DNA of 17,208 nt, taken from IMG/VR virus record IMGVR_UViG_2698536369_000010; one strand, written 5' to 3'. Below are positions 17,047-17,208 of the stretch, piece after piece (position 1 is the first letter of the stretch; every line of letters starts with the position of its first letter). Under the pieces are notes generated by a model. It had not been told where the DNA came from. It searched no databases and was given only the letters and a program-made list of their open reading frames with translations. The stretch comes from a virus. Taxonomy: Duplodnaviria; Heunggongvirae; Uroviricota; Caudoviricetes. The position numbers and the translations under genes are program-made.

Positions 17047-17208
17047 TACTTTAAACACTGCTCGGTTATGTATTGCTGAGCACCTTCAAGTTGGGCCTGC
17101 ATCATTACCAGTCGTTCCCGGAGGGTGAAATAATCCCGTTCAGCGGTGTCTGCCAGTCGGGGGGAGGCTGCATTATCCACGCCGGAGGCGGTGGTGGCTT
17201 CACGCACT
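17047..17208 (-). CDS. Spanin inner-membrane subunit Rz, C-terminal fragment (start lies beyond the window)
   Basis: Minus-strand translation ends ...ADTAERDYFTLRERLVMMQAQLEGAQQYITEQCLK*, closely matching the lambda Rz C-terminus as I recall it. Confidence 0.8.
17105..17208 (-). CDS. Spanin outer-membrane lipoprotein Rz1, C-terminal fragment, embedded in Rz in another frame
   Basis: Translation ...CVKPPPPPAWIMQPPPDWQTPLNGIISPSGNDW* carries the proline-rich Rz1 C-terminus, nested out of frame inside Rz. Confidence 0.7.
   Translation of the reverse strand, partial: CVKPPPPPAWIMQPPPDWQTPLNGIISPSGNDW

Noticed and set aside
1-17208. tRNA or rRNA genes, CRISPR arrays, insertion sequences, integrase or attachment sites
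   Set aside because: The only non-coding gaps over 80 nt (2676-2840, 15314-15450, 16927-17046) show no tRNA-like conserved arms, no repeat-spacer periodicity and no terminal inverted repeats; no recombinase-like ORF is present.

Overview
This window reads as the late (lysis-to-tail) region of a lambdoid, Rac-like siphovirus prophage of an Escherichia-type host, with every credible gene on the minus strand. Running from high to low coordinates: the C-terminal ends of the embedded spanin pair Rz/Rz1 (window edge), an AT-rich potassium-transporter moron (trkG) followed by a strong terminator hairpin, a translationally coupled pair of a ParB/Srx-like protein and a GT-A-like (DxD) putative glycosyltransferase, a small HTH-like ORF, small and large terminase, portal, Mu-F/SPP1-gp7-like head morphogenesis protein, scaffold, major capsid, four head-tail joining genes, major tail protein, tail chaperones G/GT with an A-AAA-AAG -1 frameshift site, and the tape measure protein. 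No rRNA, tRNA, CRISPR array, integrase or IS element was recognised. All calls rest on reading the six-frame translations, remembered family motifs, gene order and hand-checked start/RBS context; no database search was run. The most interesting unexplained element is the ParB-like/GT-A-like pair between the moron and the packaging genes, which may be a DNA- or virion-modification module. Coordinates in the last ~110 nt may be off by 1 because one sequence line appears to hold 61 characters.
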